DNA from: Deltaproteobacteria bacterium
GTDB taxonomy: Bacteria; JAGRBM01; JAHCIT01
NCBI GenBank assembly: GCA_026129095.1
Contig: JAHCIT010000001.1
Span: 62,001-122,244 of the forward strand
DNA length: 60,244 nt
Reading direction: 5' to 3'
The position numbers were made by a program, and so were the translations under genes. The notes below the pieces were generated by a model. The model did no database searches and was not told the DNA's origin. It saw only the letters and a list, made by a program, of their open reading frames with translations. Shown here piece after piece: positions 59,014-60,244 of this stretch (position 1 is the first letter of the stretch; each line of letters opens with the position of its first letter).

Positions 59014-59196
59014 TCAGTTCTTCTGGTGCGTCTGGATCTTCACTTCCTTGTGGATCGTATGCTTGCGAAGATGCGGATTGTATTTCCGGATCTCCAGCTT
59101 CTCTTTCGTATTGTTGCGGTTCCGGGTGGACACATAGTTGATGTGCCCGGACTCGGTACAGCGCAATCCCACGTCCATTCTGTGATCAGATGCCAT
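59014..59196 (-). CDS. rpmG: 50S ribosomal protein L33 (lacks the full 4-Cys zinc ribbon)
   Basis: LRCTESGHINYVSTRNRNNTKEKLEIRKYNPHLRKHTIHKE; position after tuf. Confidence 0.93.
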   Translation of the reverse strand: MASDHRMDVGLRCTESGHINYVSTRNRNNTKEKLEIRKYNPHLRKHTIHKEVKIQTHQKN

Positions 59197-59224
59197 TGGT
59201 CTACTCCTTCTTCTCTTTCACCAC

Positions 59225-60244
<1,020 letters not shown>

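Overview
High-GC bacterial chromosome segment. Marker proteins look deltaproteobacterial (Myxococcota/Desulfobacterota-like); this is my inference, not a computed placement. The left ~26 kb is accessory and housekeeping DNA with a lipid-metabolism flavour. It holds a probable ECF T+S fusion membrane protein cut by the window edge, a GMC oxidoreductase with a small partner, a NAPE-PLD-like metallo-hydrolase and a TetR regulator. Divergent from the TetR gene is a two-gene Fe-S/ATPase operon with the architecture of the anaerobic plasmalogen synthase PlsA-PlsR. An extended SDR, a hybrid histidine kinase, a K+-independent H+-pyrophosphatase, addBA, a CDP-alcohol phosphatidyltransferase and a DUF962 gene follow. 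The right ~34 kb, all on the minus strand, is the translation/transcription supercluster: tuf-rpmG-tRNA-Trp-secE-nusG-rplKAJL-rpoBC-rpsLG-fusA-tuf-S10-spc-alpha operons to rplQ. Main anomalies: (1) RpoB carries an in-frame ~270-aa insertion that reads like a degenerate nitrilase/carbon-nitrogen hydrolase domain; (2) rplC and rpsD are absent from their usual positions; (3) the two tuf copies are unusually divergent yet share an identical 28-bp 3' junction, and the fusA-linked copy has a +1 frameshift and a betaproteobacterial look; (4) the plsAR-like operon sits behind a perfect TetR-type palindrome; (5) tRNA-Trp has a 4-bp anticodon stem. I saw no rRNA, CRISPR array, IS element or prophage. 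Family assignments come from motif recognition by eye; no database search was run.
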